This document shows, piece after piece, positions 30,032 to 39,021 of a DNA stretch of 64,000 nucleotides. Source of the stretch: a virus. Taxonomy: Duplodnaviria; Caudoviricetes. The notes under the pieces are model-generated. The model was not told the DNA's origin and searched no databases. It worked only from the letters and a program-made list of their open reading frames with translations. The translations under genes and the position numbers were made by a program. Where the stretch lies: IMG/VR virus record IMGVR_UViG_3300013121_000026, positions 96,762-160,761 of that record; one strand, 5' to 3'. How positions within the stretch are numbered: the first letter of the stretch is position 1; every line of letters begins with the position of its first letter.

Positions 30032-30466
30032 ATGACGCTTGAACAAATAATTGACAACTGGAAAAAAGATTCACCAATTCGCGGGGATGAATTGGGAGAA
30101 GAAGCGGGTAATGTTGCTATTCTTCATCAACGGTATCTGGAATGGTTCACAAAAGAACGACTAACATTACGTAAACTAGAGTCGGACATGAAGAAATTAA
30201 AATTGGAAAAATGGGAACATTATATCCAGGGTCCCAGCAAAGAAACCAAAGAAAAAGGCTGGAAAATTCCAGCGAGAGGTGCAGTAATTAAGAGTGATGC
30301 TGGGTTGTATATTGATGCAGATGATGATATAAATACATTGCAACTAAAAATTGATTATCAAAAAGAGAAAGTTGATGCACTGGAAAGCATCATTAAGATG
30401 ATTAATAATAGAGGATATGCTATAAAGAATATGATTGATTATTTGCAATGGTCAGGAGCACAGTGA
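30032..30466 (+). CDS. uvsY: Recombination mediator UvsY
   Basis: W.KDS.I, LHQRY, YIDADDDI, INNRGYAIKNMID. Confidence 0.88.
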   Translation: MTLEQIIDNWKKDSPIRGDELGEEAGNVAILHQRYLEWFTKERLTLRKLESDMKKLKLEKWEHYIQGPSKETKEKGWKIPARGAVIKSDAGLYIDADDDINTLQLKIDYQKEKVDALESIIKMINNRGYAIKNMIDYLQWSGAQ

Positions 30467-30790
30467 TGATTCCTTATAACATAAATTTCCATGTAGAGAT
30501 GAAGATAGATCAAGCTCTTTTTAATCGCATTAGGTTTAATAGGTATGTATTTGATAGATTGTGGTGTCATCTGCTACTAGATGCAGACTTTTTGAGGAAT
30601 AAATGATAGAATGAGCAATAAAAGACTACAGACACAAAACTTACATTCACAAAATTTATGGGTTACTAATGCTTATGTAGTGAATTTTGTATATGATTTT
30701 GTTCTAAAAACCTATGAGCAGGAACAACATAAGGGGTTACTTATACCAACTTTAATTAAGAAGACAAGATTTCATTGATTAGAGGTTTAA

Positions 30791-30979
30791 ATGACTGAAT
30801 ATTGGGTAATTGGTGGTGAATTTAATTCACTAAATTTTCATACGTTGGATCCAGATTCCAAACAGATTTTTGGTCCATTTAATACTAGAACAGAAGCCGA
30901 AGAAAAATGGCGAGAAGTATCTGAACAATTTAGATACAAGGCCACTTTCAGGTTTAGAATTGTAACAGTGGATAATTAA
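30791..30979 (+). CDS. DUF4170-like small protein
   Basis: YWVIGGEF...FGPF...EAEEKWR...RFRIV. Confidence 0.55.
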   Translation: MTEYWVIGGEFNSLNFHTLDPDSKQIFGPFNTRTEAEEKWREVSEQFRYKATFRFRIVTVDN

Positions 30980-31290
30980 TGTATATTCATAATACTATCG
31001 TGACAGAAGCTATAGCTGATATCGAATGGCTAGCTCATTATCATTTGTTTAAAAAAGCAAATGTTGAAATAGGTGATTGGATTAGTGTCAGTTCGTTGAA
31101 TGATTCATTTGGGGTTGGGGACGGAGCACTCTTTTGGTTAGAATAGGGTACACATTACGAGTTGCTGATAGGATTGAACGTTTTTTAAACAAAAGCTCTC
31201 CGAACGTGAGTAATATTGTTAATATTAAATTGCATGATGTGGAGTTATTACATAAATTATTAATCAGAAATCAAAGTGGTTTTTTCTTTC

Positions 31291-32748
31291 TTGACTGACA
31301 TAATAACTATTAAGAAACACAACGAAGTCTTTGATAAAATATTTTGTGAGCCTGGAATAGCTAACGAGATATACGAATATTTCACATTCTTTGCAAAGGA
31401 CTATAAATATCATCCCAAATTTAAAGACAAGGTTTGGGATGGAAAATTACATCTGTATAGCTTATTAACAAAAACGCTGTACAAAGGACTTCGGTTTGAG
31501 CTAGAAAAATTCTGTCTAGATAGAAATTATCAATTAGATATTCTAGACAATGATAATGCAGACATTGAGTTCTCTTTGATTGAAGCTAAGGAATACATTG
31601 AGAAACTTAATATATCAAAAGATGTTGTTCCTTCCGCATATGAATTCCAGATCAATGCATTTATCCGAGCAGTAAGAAGCAAGAGAAGAACAATTCTCAG
31701 CCCAACAGGGTCTGGAAAGTCTTTGATCATTTATTTGCTTATTAGATACTTCAATGTAAAGACGCTTTTGATCACCCCAAATACCAATCTAGTCTTTCAA
31801 ATGTTCAATGACTTCAAAGAATATGGTTGGGATACTGATGAAAATTGCCATACAATCTTTGCGGGAAAAGACAAGTCTAGTAATAAGATATTAGATATTT
31901 CTACATGGCAAAGTCTACAATACCTAGGCAAGAAACACTTCAGTGATTATGACATGGTAATCGTTGATGAATGTCATCTTGCTCAGGCTAAACAGTTAAA
32001 GGGTCTTTTGGAAAAGATGCCTGGCTGTATCTTGAGATATGGATTTACTGGATCGTTAGATGATTCCCAAGTCAATCATTTAACTTTGCAAGGACTGTTT
32101 GGTAAAATTTATCAAACAGCAACAACAGAACAACTAATTAAACAAAATGTTCTGTCTCCATTTCTAGTCAAGTGTATATTATTAAAACATGATTTGGGTA
32201 TTGATAAACTTGATTATCAAAATGAATTATCATACCTATGCTCAAACCAAAAAAGAAATCTGTTTATTAGAAATCTATCCCTCTCACTAGAAGGAAATAC
32301 ACTGGTACTATTTAGATTTATTGATCATGGCAAGGCATTGTACGATCTAATTAAAAACAAGACAGACAGAAAAGTTTATCTAGTGTATGGCAAGGTAGAG
32401 GGGGAAGAACGAGAAGAAATTAGAAAGATTGTAGAAAAGGACAAGAATGCGATAATAGTAGGGTCTTATGGCTGTCTTTCTACTGGGATAAATATTAAGT
32501 CGATAGAGAATATTATTTTCGCTAGCCCTTACAAATCAAGAATTAAAGTGCTACAATCAATTGGGCGAGGACTTAGAAAGCTCGATGGTAAACAAATTTG
32601 TACGCTGTTTGATTTGGGGGATGACCTAAAATTTAAAAACAAAAGAAATGCAACCCTACAACACTTCTATGAAAGGATAAAATTATATAATCAGGAAAAG
32701 TTTGAACTCCAGATGTATAAATTTAAAGTAAATGAGAAAAAAGAGTAA
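31291..32748 (+). CDS. uvsW: DNA helicase UvsW
   Basis: WDGK, SPTGSGKS, DECH, TGS, STGINI, LQSIGRGLR; start TTG 31291 or GTG 31276. Confidence 0.95.
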   Translation: MTDIITIKKHNEVFDKIFCEPGIANEIYEYFTFFAKDYKYHPKFKDKVWDGKLHLYSLLTKTLYKGLRFELEKFCLDRNYQLDILDNDNADIEFSLIEAKEYIEKLNISKDVVPSAYEFQINAFIRAVRSKRRTILSPTGSGKSLIIYLLIRYFNVKTLLITPNTNLVFQMFNDFKEYGWDTDENCHTIFAGKDKSSNKILDISTWQSLQYLGKKHFSDYDMVIVDECHLAQAKQLKGLLEKMPGCILRYGFTGSLDDSQVNHLTLQGLFGKIYQTATTEQLIKQNVLSPFLVKCILLKHDLGIDKLDYQNELSYLCSNQKRNLFIRNLSLSLEGNTLVLFRFIDHGKALYDLIKNKTDRKVYLVYGKVEGEEREEIRKIVEKDKNAIIVGSYGCLSTGINIKSIENIIFASPYKSRIKVLQSIGRGLRKLDGKQICTLFDLGDDLKFKNKRNATLQHFYERIKLYNQEKFELQMYKFKVNEKKE

Positions 32749-33175
32749 AAACTATATTAATAATGCGGATCTTTACAATGAACTTTTGAAATACCATGAA
32801 GCAAAGCAACGAGGTGAAAATCCAAGGCTCAATGATTACATTGGCAAGGCAATTATGTTAATTGCTCAAAAAATGGCAACGAGACCAAATTTTAATGGGT
32901 ACACATGGCTAGATGAAATGATAGCTGATGGAATTGAGAGCGGTGTTAAAGCAGCGGATAAATTTGATCCAACTAGATTTAATAATCCATTTGGTTATTT
33001 TAGTCGAGCAATTTGGAATTCATATTTGCAAAGAATTAGCGCCGAAAAGCAGCAGATTGTTATTAAACATGAAAACAAAAGAAGATTAAATTTGTACGAT
33101 GAACACCTACAGCAATACGATGAAGTCACAGAAACAATTGTCGGCAATTATAATGCCAAAAGAAAAAAGAAATAG
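32732..33175 (+). CDS. 55: Late sigma factor gp55
   Basis: NYINNADL, RPNFNGYTW.DEMIADG, NPFGYF. Confidence 0.9.
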   Translation: MRKKSKNYINNADLYNELLKYHEAKQRGENPRLNDYIGKAIMLIAQKMATRPNFNGYTWLDEMIADGIESGVKAADKFDPTRFNNPFGYFSRAIWNSYLQRISAEKQQIVIKHENKRRLNLYDEHLQQYDEVTETIVGNYNAKRKKK

Positions 33176-33236
33176 TTGACATTACTGACTATATTTTGTA
33201 AATGTTATGGGATTATCTTAAAAATGGATTGAGGGA

Positions 33237-33404
33237 ATGACAAATTTTAGAGACAAGGAATATTTAATACCAGTCGTTATTCGTGACGTTGGTGATCAAG
33301 TGCTTAGTGGTAAGTTAACGTTTAATCAAAAGGACGTAATGATCCAACGGCTAGAAGTAATTAGAGCATATATTGATTACGTTTTGAAAAAAATTGAACA
33401 ATGA
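33237..33404 (+). CDS. 55-aa hypothetical protein
   Basis: GAGGGA RBS; stop overlaps the gene 47 ATG. Confidence 0.55.
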   Translation: MTNFRDKEYLIPVVIRDVGDQVLSGKLTFNQKDVMIQRLEVIRAYIDYVLKKIEQ

Positions 33405-34456
33405 AGATAGCCTTCCTTGGTGATATGCATTATGGAGTGAAAGGGAATTCTCCCTACTTCTTAAATCATACCAAAAAATTTCTACAGGAGTGCTTCTTTC
33501 CTTGTATTAAGAAACACAAGATAGAAAAAATTGTTCAGTTTGGTGACCTAGTTGATAGCAGAAAGAACATTAACTTCTTAACTGCAACACATTTGATGAA
33601 TGATTTCGTCAAGCCAATGGATGGACATGAGTTGCATATTATTCTTGGCAACCATGATACCTATTGGAAGGAATCAAATGAGGTCAATGCACTAAATACC
33701 CTATTAACAGATAGATATGAAAATATTCATATTCATGAGGAAATAAGTGAAGTTGTTTTTGACAAGACAAAGTTTCTGATGGTCCCATGGATATGCAAAG
33801 AGAATGAACAGCATGTTAATAAAGTAATGTCCACAACTAAAGCTAAAATTGTTTGTGGGCATTTTGAGATTAACGGAGCAGAATGTAACAAAGGGCAGAT
33901 ATTTCATGGTGGACAAGATAGTAAACTTTTTGATAGATTTTCTTCGGTATTTAGCGGTCATTTTCATATACCCAGCAATTATCATAATATTCGCTACCTT
34001 GGTAGCTTTTCTTGGTTTAATTGGGGTGATTATGATACTGATAGAGGGTTTTATATCTTTGATACGAAAACGGAAAAATTAGAATTCATTAAAAATCCAT
34101 TCCCTATTTTTCAAAAGTTCATTTACGATGATCTTGGTAAGACAGAAGAACAAGTATTTGATTTGAAGTTGGAGTCAGCAGCAAATTGTTTTGCTCGAAT
34201 AATTGTTAAATCAAAAACTAATCAAAAGCTGTTTGATAAGTTCCTTAGAACGATTGAGGGATACAATCCAGAAAACATTCAAGTCGTTGATGACTATTTA
34301 AACTTGCAATTAATATCTGAAAATGTTACGCCTATAGAGACAAAAGATACTCTGGAAATATTCAGGGAGTATTTTGGTAATATTAAAGATGTTGATGCTA
34401 ACAAGCTGGATAATTTTGTTGTTAATTTGTATAATGAAGCAATTAGCCTAGAATGA
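33401..34456 (+). CDS. 47: Recombination endonuclease gp47 (SbcD/Mre11-like)
   Basis: GDMHYG, GDLVD, GNHD, GHFE, SGHFH metallophosphoesterase motifs. Confidence 0.95.
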   Translation: MKIAFLGDMHYGVKGNSPYFLNHTKKFLQECFFPCIKKHKIEKIVQFGDLVDSRKNINFLTATHLMNDFVKPMDGHELHIILGNHDTYWKESNEVNALNTLLTDRYENIHIHEEISEVVFDKTKFLMVPWICKENEQHVNKVMSTTKAKIVCGHFEINGAECNKGQIFHGGQDSKLFDRFSSVFSGHFHIPSNYHNIRYLGSFSWFNWGDYDTDRGFYIFDTKTEKLEFIKNPFPIFQKFIYDDLGKTEEQVFDLKLESAANCFARIIVKSKTNQKLFDKFLRTIEGYNPENIQVVDDYLNLQLISENVTPIETKDTLEIFREYFGNIKDVDANKLDNFVVNLYNEAISLE

Positions 34457-34665
34457 AAATATTTTTTAAGAAGATACGCTGGAAGAATTTCTTGTCCTAT
34501 GGTAACTATTGGACAGAGATTGATTTTGAAAAATACAAGACTCAATTAATCATTGGTAAAAACGGGCATGGAAAATGTCTGGAAAAAAACACTAGAGTAG
34601 AAGTTTGTTTTAAAAATAAACAAACAGAAAAAAAGTTTAAAAAATTTATGAAAAGAAAGAAATAA
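34453..34665 (+). CDS. 46: gp46 N-extein (41 aa) fused to split-intein N-fragment (29 aa)
   Basis: WKNFLSYGN...GKNGHGK then CLEKNTRVEV (intein block A). Confidence 0.9.
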   Translation: MKIFFKKIRWKNFLSYGNYWTEIDFEKYKTQLIIGKNGHGKCLEKNTRVEVCFKNKQTEKKFKKFMKRKK

Positions 34666-34669
34666 AGCA

Positions 34670-34718
34670 ATTTACCGTTACCATTGTTTATAAATATAAA
34701 TAAAAGGTAACGGTAAAT
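34670..34718 (+). promoter_or_regulatory. 13-bp hairpin covering the nuclease initiation region, with two overlapping late promoters in the loop
   Basis: ATTTACCGTTACC...GGTAACGGTAAAT; TATAAATA at 34689 and 34695. Confidence 0.8.
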
Positions 34719-35733
34719 GAAAAGAAACAGTGTTTTTTGTATTGAATATTGGTTAAACAAAGGTTATAATAAAGAACAAGCTCAATACCAAATCAGTATT
34801 AGACGACCAACATCAATAAATTATTTTGTTCATAAATTTGGTGTTAGTTTAAAGGAGGCAGAAAGATTAAAATCTGAACATCAATCTAATGCTTCTAAAC
34901 AACACAAAAATAAAGCACAAAATAGGCCAAATTCATTGGAATATTGGACAACGAGAGGATATGATGAGGATCAAGCCAGAATTGAAATTAGTAAACGACA
35001 AGCACGAGGTAAAGAATTTTTCATAAACAAATATGGGAAAACAGAGGGAATTAAACGCTGGAAGCAACGTCAAATAAATTGGCAAAATACTTTAAAAAGC
35101 AAACCAAAAAAAGAAATAAATTTTATTAACAATAAAAAGAAAAGTTTAAATTACAAAAAATTAAAAACAAAATTTAAAACAGATAATGAAATCAAAGAAC
35201 ATCTAAAACAAACAAGAAATATGAATCTAGTATTAACGGTTGATGAGTTTAAACAAGTTATTATCGAATCCTTAAATAATAATCCAGATTGGCATTATGG
35301 TTCTGCCGAACAACTTGTAAAAAAATTTGCTAGAATTCAATTTGATATTTTAAAAATTAAAAATCCTAAAGTTTTTTTAGAACCTTTTGTTAGTAAATTG
35401 AAAGATGTGGTTTTTCAAACCAGTGGAAAATATCATGCATATAGAAAATGGGTAGGAACTAGATTGTTAAGAAGTTCGTCCGAAATAAAATTTTTTGAGA
35501 TGCTGAATAATAAAAAAATTGAATATGTAATTGATGAATGTTACCCGAATTCAAATTTTAGGTGCGATTTTTATCTTCCAAAATATAATTATTTTATTGA
35601 AATAGCGCCAATGTATCATAATAATAAAAAATATCAAGAAAAAATGAATTATAAAAAGAAAGTTTTTGATTGTATAATATTAACAAATATTTCAGAAATG
35701 AAAAAATTTTTAGAGGAAATTGATGTACGTTAA
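34717..35733 (+). CDS. Free-standing putative homing endonuclease (PD-(D/E)XK / Vsr-like) between the gp46 halves
   Basis: Repeated YW..(K/R)GY..(E/D)QA; C-terminal SSSEIKF...RCDFYLPKYNYFIEI; very AT- and Lys-rich. Confidence 0.75.
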   Translation: MKRNSVFCIEYWLNKGYNKEQAQYQISIRRPTSINYFVHKFGVSLKEAERLKSEHQSNASKQHKNKAQNRPNSLEYWTTRGYDEDQARIEISKRQARGKEFFINKYGKTEGIKRWKQRQINWQNTLKSKPKKEINFINNKKKSLNYKKLKTKFKTDNEIKEHLKQTRNMNLVLTVDEFKQVIIESLNNNPDWHYGSAEQLVKKFARIQFDILKIKNPKVFLEPFVSKLKDVVFQTSGKYHAYRKWVGTRLLRSSSEIKFFEMLNNKKIEYVIDECYPNSNFRCDFYLPKYNYFIEIAPMYHNNKKYQEKMNYKKKVFDCIILTNISEMKKFLEEIDVR

Positions 35734-37681
35734 TATTAAAGATATTGTTGATTTTTATGAATATTGTCCGAATGAAATTGGTAATTTAGAGGCTCAAACG
35801 AGGTATGGTTATAAAACCATTGAATATGCGGGGATTACTGCTTACGATAGTGAAATTTATGAATTGGTTTTAGAAAATAATTTTTGTTTGCGTGGCTCTC
35901 CTGAACATCAAGTTTGGGTTAATAATAATTGGATGATGTTAAAGGATATAAAACTTGGGGATGATTGTTTTCATAAAAATGGTGTTTCTAAAGTAAAAAG
36001 TATTACGAAATTAAATCACAGAGAAGATTTATATGATCTCCAGATAGAAGAAGTGCACGAATTTTTTGCAAATGAAATTGTTAGTCATAACTCCACTCTG
36101 CTGGAGGCTCTTTCGTTTGTTCTGTTTAACAAGCCATTTAGAAAAATAACCAAAGGACAATTGGTCAATTCAATTACCAACAAGCAATGCGTCGTTGAAT
36201 GTGAATTCGTTACTGGAAGTGACAGTTATAAAATTGTTCGTGGAACCAAGCCCAATGTGTTTGAGATTTACAAGAACAATGAATTAATAACTATCACTGC
36301 TGATAACCGTGATTATCAGGAAGACCTTGAACATTACATCCTTAAAATTAATCACAAGAGTTTTTGTCAGGTAGTTATGCTTGGCAGCGCTATCTTTACG
36401 CCGTTCATGGCTCTAACAAAAGGTGCTAGACGTGAATTAATAGAGGACTTGCTTGATCTCAAAATATTCACTTCAATGAATACTCTATTAAAAAGCAAAA
36501 TATCCGAGTGTGAACAAAAAATAAAAGATACCAAGAATACTTTGCAATCATTAGAAGGACAGATTCGTTTATTAGTCCAACACAAAAAACAATTGCAGCA
36601 AAACAATGATGATCTAATCAAGCAGAAAAAAGATCAGTGTCAGCAGCTAGAAGCACAAATTGTTCAATGTCAGGTTCAATTGGAACAGCATCAATTAAAG
36701 ATTGAACAACTGGAAAGCAAGAAAATAGATACCACAACATTAAGAAACAAGATTAATGAATACACAAAATACCAAGGGCAAATTACTCTAAAGAGCAAGC
36801 AACTAGAGAACGAAATTAGTTTTCTAAACAACAATGAAAATTGCCCAACTTGCAAACAAGCCATTAATCAACAATTTAAACAAAGTTCGATTGAAGAAAA
36901 AAATACCCATCTAGATGAATTAAAAGATGGGCTAGTTAAACTTGAAGAACAAATGCAAGCAGTAAATCAGCAGATAACTTCCGCCTTGGAATTGCAAGGT
37001 GAAATTGATGCAGTTTACGAGGATTGCTCGAAGTTCAATACCTACATTAAAACCAAAACCAAACAGATTGATGATATTAATAACGAAATTAATAACACGA
37101 AGTTGTCATTTGATGAGCAACAACTCGAAGCACTCAAACAACAATATATTGAAAACGATACATTGTTAAGTAATTTAAACGATGACAGAAGCGTTATGGG
37201 TTATACTGCTACAATGCTTAAAGATGGTGGTATTAAATCAAAAATAATTCAAACCTATGTCCCGGTAATTAATCAGCTTCTCAATAAATATTGTGCAGCA
37301 CTAGATTTCTTTGTAGACTTTAATTTGGACGAGGAATTTAATGAAACAATCCGTTCAAGACATCGAGATGATTTTACCTATGAGTCATTTTCCCAAGGCG
37401 AAAAGAGCAGAATTGATTTGGCGGTCTTGTTTACGTGGAGAAGTATTGCTAAGTTAAAAAATTCACTGGATACTAATCTAATCATATTTGATGAGGTGCT
37501 TGACAGTTCAATGGATCAGGAAGGTATTGAAAATTTGATGCATATTCTTGAAAGCCTAACTAACAACGAAAATATCATTATTATTAGCCATCGTGAAAGT
37601 GTGCAGGAAAAATTCGACAATATTTTACAAGTTGAAAAGAAAAACAATTTTAGCAGGATAGCAAATGATATTAACAATTGA
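35723..37681 (+). CDS. 46: Split-intein C-fragment (about 123 aa) fused to gp46 C-extein (529 aa)
   Basis: GSPEH (block B), LYDLQI...FFANEIVSHN/S; then KPFR, CPTCKQ hook, FSQGE signature, IFDE Walker B, ISH. Confidence 0.93.
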   Translation: MYVNIKDIVDFYEYCPNEIGNLEAQTRYGYKTIEYAGITAYDSEIYELVLENNFCLRGSPEHQVWVNNNWMMLKDIKLGDDCFHKNGVSKVKSITKLNHREDLYDLQIEEVHEFFANEIVSHNSTLLEALSFVLFNKPFRKITKGQLVNSITNKQCVVECEFVTGSDSYKIVRGTKPNVFEIYKNNELITITADNRDYQEDLEHYILKINHKSFCQVVMLGSAIFTPFMALTKGARRELIEDLLDLKIFTSMNTLLKSKISECEQKIKDTKNTLQSLEGQIRLLVQHKKQLQQNNDDLIKQKKDQCQQLEAQIVQCQVQLEQHQLKIEQLESKKIDTTTLRNKINEYTKYQGQITLKSKQLENEISFLNNNENCPTCKQAINQQFKQSSIEEKNTHLDELKDGLVKLEEQMQAVNQQITSALELQGEIDAVYEDCSKFNTYIKTKTKQIDDINNEINNTKLSFDEQQLEALKQQYIENDTLLSNLNDDRSVMGYTATMLKDGGIKSKIIQTYVPVINQLLNKYCAALDFFVDFNLDEEFNETIRSRHRDDFTYESFSQGEKSRIDLAVLFTWRSIAKLKNSLDTNLIIFDEVLDSSMDQEGIENLMHILESLTNNENIIIISHRESVQEKFDNILQVEKKNNFSRIANDINN

Positions 37682-38147
37682 CGACAAATACCTGAGACAA
37701 CCAACTCAACAATTTGATTTTAGCAATCCACCATTAGATCCTTATCAATTAAGTAAGGATCTGATAGAAACCATGTATAGTAAAAATGGATTAGGACTAG
37801 CTGCTAATCAATGTGGTATTCCATACAGCGTTTTTGTTATGCGAGGATCTCCTGCGGATTTTGCGATATTTAATCCAAAAATTGTTCATCAAAGTGACGA
37901 GGTAAATTTAGACATCGAAGGATGCTTATCATTTCCGGGGTTGGGCGTTAAGTTAAAACGACCTAATGAAATAAGGATTAGGTTTGCGGATTACAATGGA
38001 GAAATACAAACTCAAAAATTTCATATGCTAACAGCTAGAATAGCATCACATGAAATTGATCACTTGAATGGGATTGTATACTATGAGAAGGCTAACAAGT
38101 TTCACAGAGATCAAGGATTTAGACAAAGAGAGAGGAACAAAAAGTGA
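37665..38147 (+). CDS. def: Peptide deformylase
   Basis: GLGLAANQ, EGCLS, HEIDH. Confidence 0.95.
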   Translation: MILTIDDKYLRQPTQQFDFSNPPLDPYQLSKDLIETMYSKNGLGLAANQCGIPYSVFVMRGSPADFAIFNPKIVHQSDEVNLDIEGCLSFPGLGVKLKRPNEIRIRFADYNGEIQTQKFHMLTARIASHEIDHLNGIVYYEKANKFHRDQGFRQRERNKK

Positions 38148-38356
38148 AAATATTTAATGGAGATCATATGGAATATGAACTTGAACATCAGGGAGTTGAT
38201 CCAAAAGAAAGAAGCGATTGGCCCTATCCATCTTTTGATGCAATGGACTGGGCAAAAGAATTTAATAAGAGATTCCCAATGGTGTCAGTTGATGATGCAT
38301 TGCCGTGGTTTGCTAATGCATTGATGCGAGGATTTGATCAAGGGAGTGCAAGATGA
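38144..38356 (+). CDS. Hypothetical protein
   Basis: Coupled ORF. Confidence 0.55.
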   Translation: MKIFNGDHMEYELEHQGVDPKERSDWPYPSFDAMDWAKEFNKRFPMVSVDDALPWFANALMRGFDQGSAR

Positions 38357-38559
38357 AATCTAAGATTATTGATTTTGAATCAGCTCATGACAGAATAAAT
38401 GAGCTAGTTGAGAAAGTATTAACATTTGCGTCCAAGCACGATGATGAAGAATTAGTCATTGAGTTTCTGGATTGCATCGAGGAATTTTTGGATAACGAAG
38501 ATTATGATGATCGTTTTGGTACTGAAGGATGGGAAAGGCAGTTTGGATATAAAGAATGA
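38353..38559 (+). CDS. Acidic hypothetical protein
   Basis: Coupled ORF. Confidence 0.55.
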   Translation: MKSKIIDFESAHDRINELVEKVLTFASKHDDEELVIEFLDCIEEFLDNEDYDDRFGTEGWERQFGYKE

Positions 38560-38948
38560 CAAATTTTAATAGAATAATAGATTTTCATAGAGCATTTGAA
38601 GTGGGCGTTGGAACTAAGGCAGAGCTACCCAGCAAGCAAGTTATTGATTTGCGCAAATCCTTAATTGATGAAGAAAAAGATGAATTGTATGAAGCAATTG
38701 ATCACAATGATATTCTCAATGTAGCTAAAGAAGCCGCTGATTTGTTGGTAGTAGTTTATGGTACTTGTGTTGCTTTTGGTATTGATGCGGATGCAGTATT
38801 TGAAGCAGTTCACAAGAGTAATATGTCAAAATTAACAAAAGATGGTGAGGTAATTCGAAGAGCGGATGGTAAGATTTTAAAATCAGACCAATATCAGCCA
38901 CCAAACTTGACTTTAGATCAAATTTCTATTGACAAATCAACGAGTTAG
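38556..38948 (+). CDS. MazG-like NTP pyrophosphohydrolase
   Basis: LIDEEKDEL...KEAADLLVVVYG...VHKSNMSK...DGKILK. Confidence 0.88.
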   Translation: MTNFNRIIDFHRAFEVGVGTKAELPSKQVIDLRKSLIDEEKDELYEAIDHNDILNVAKEAADLLVVVYGTCVAFGIDADAVFEAVHKSNMSKLTKDGEVIRRADGKILKSDQYQPPNLTLDQISIDKSTS

Positions 38949-38957
38949 CAATATAAT
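38929..38957 (+). promoter_or_regulatory. Sigma70-type promoter
   Basis: TTGACA-17 bp-TATAAT. Confidence 0.8.
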
Positions 38958-39021
38958 AAGTAGCTTATGAGGCAGTAGCTCATGGTGAGCAAGTTAAAGT
39001 CCTCAAACGTAGGAGAAAGTA

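Larger units (their letters stand above)
26974..31298 (+). other. Array of short (mostly 40-70 codon) coupled hypothetical ORFs interleaved with gene 3 and uvsY
   Basis: Stop/start overlaps, e.g. 28462-28620, 28620-28787, 28784-28912, 28909-29121, 29102-29305. Confidence 0.5.

Noticed and set aside
34666-35722. Group I intron interrupting gene 46
   Set aside because: Non-coding flanks are only about 50 nt, too short for a ribozyme core, and both halves carry intein motifs and their own start and stop signals.
38968-39005. Functional tRNA gene
   Set aside because: No anticodon arm, TTC T-loop or CCA; kept only as a low-interest leader. No other tRNA was recognised by eye.
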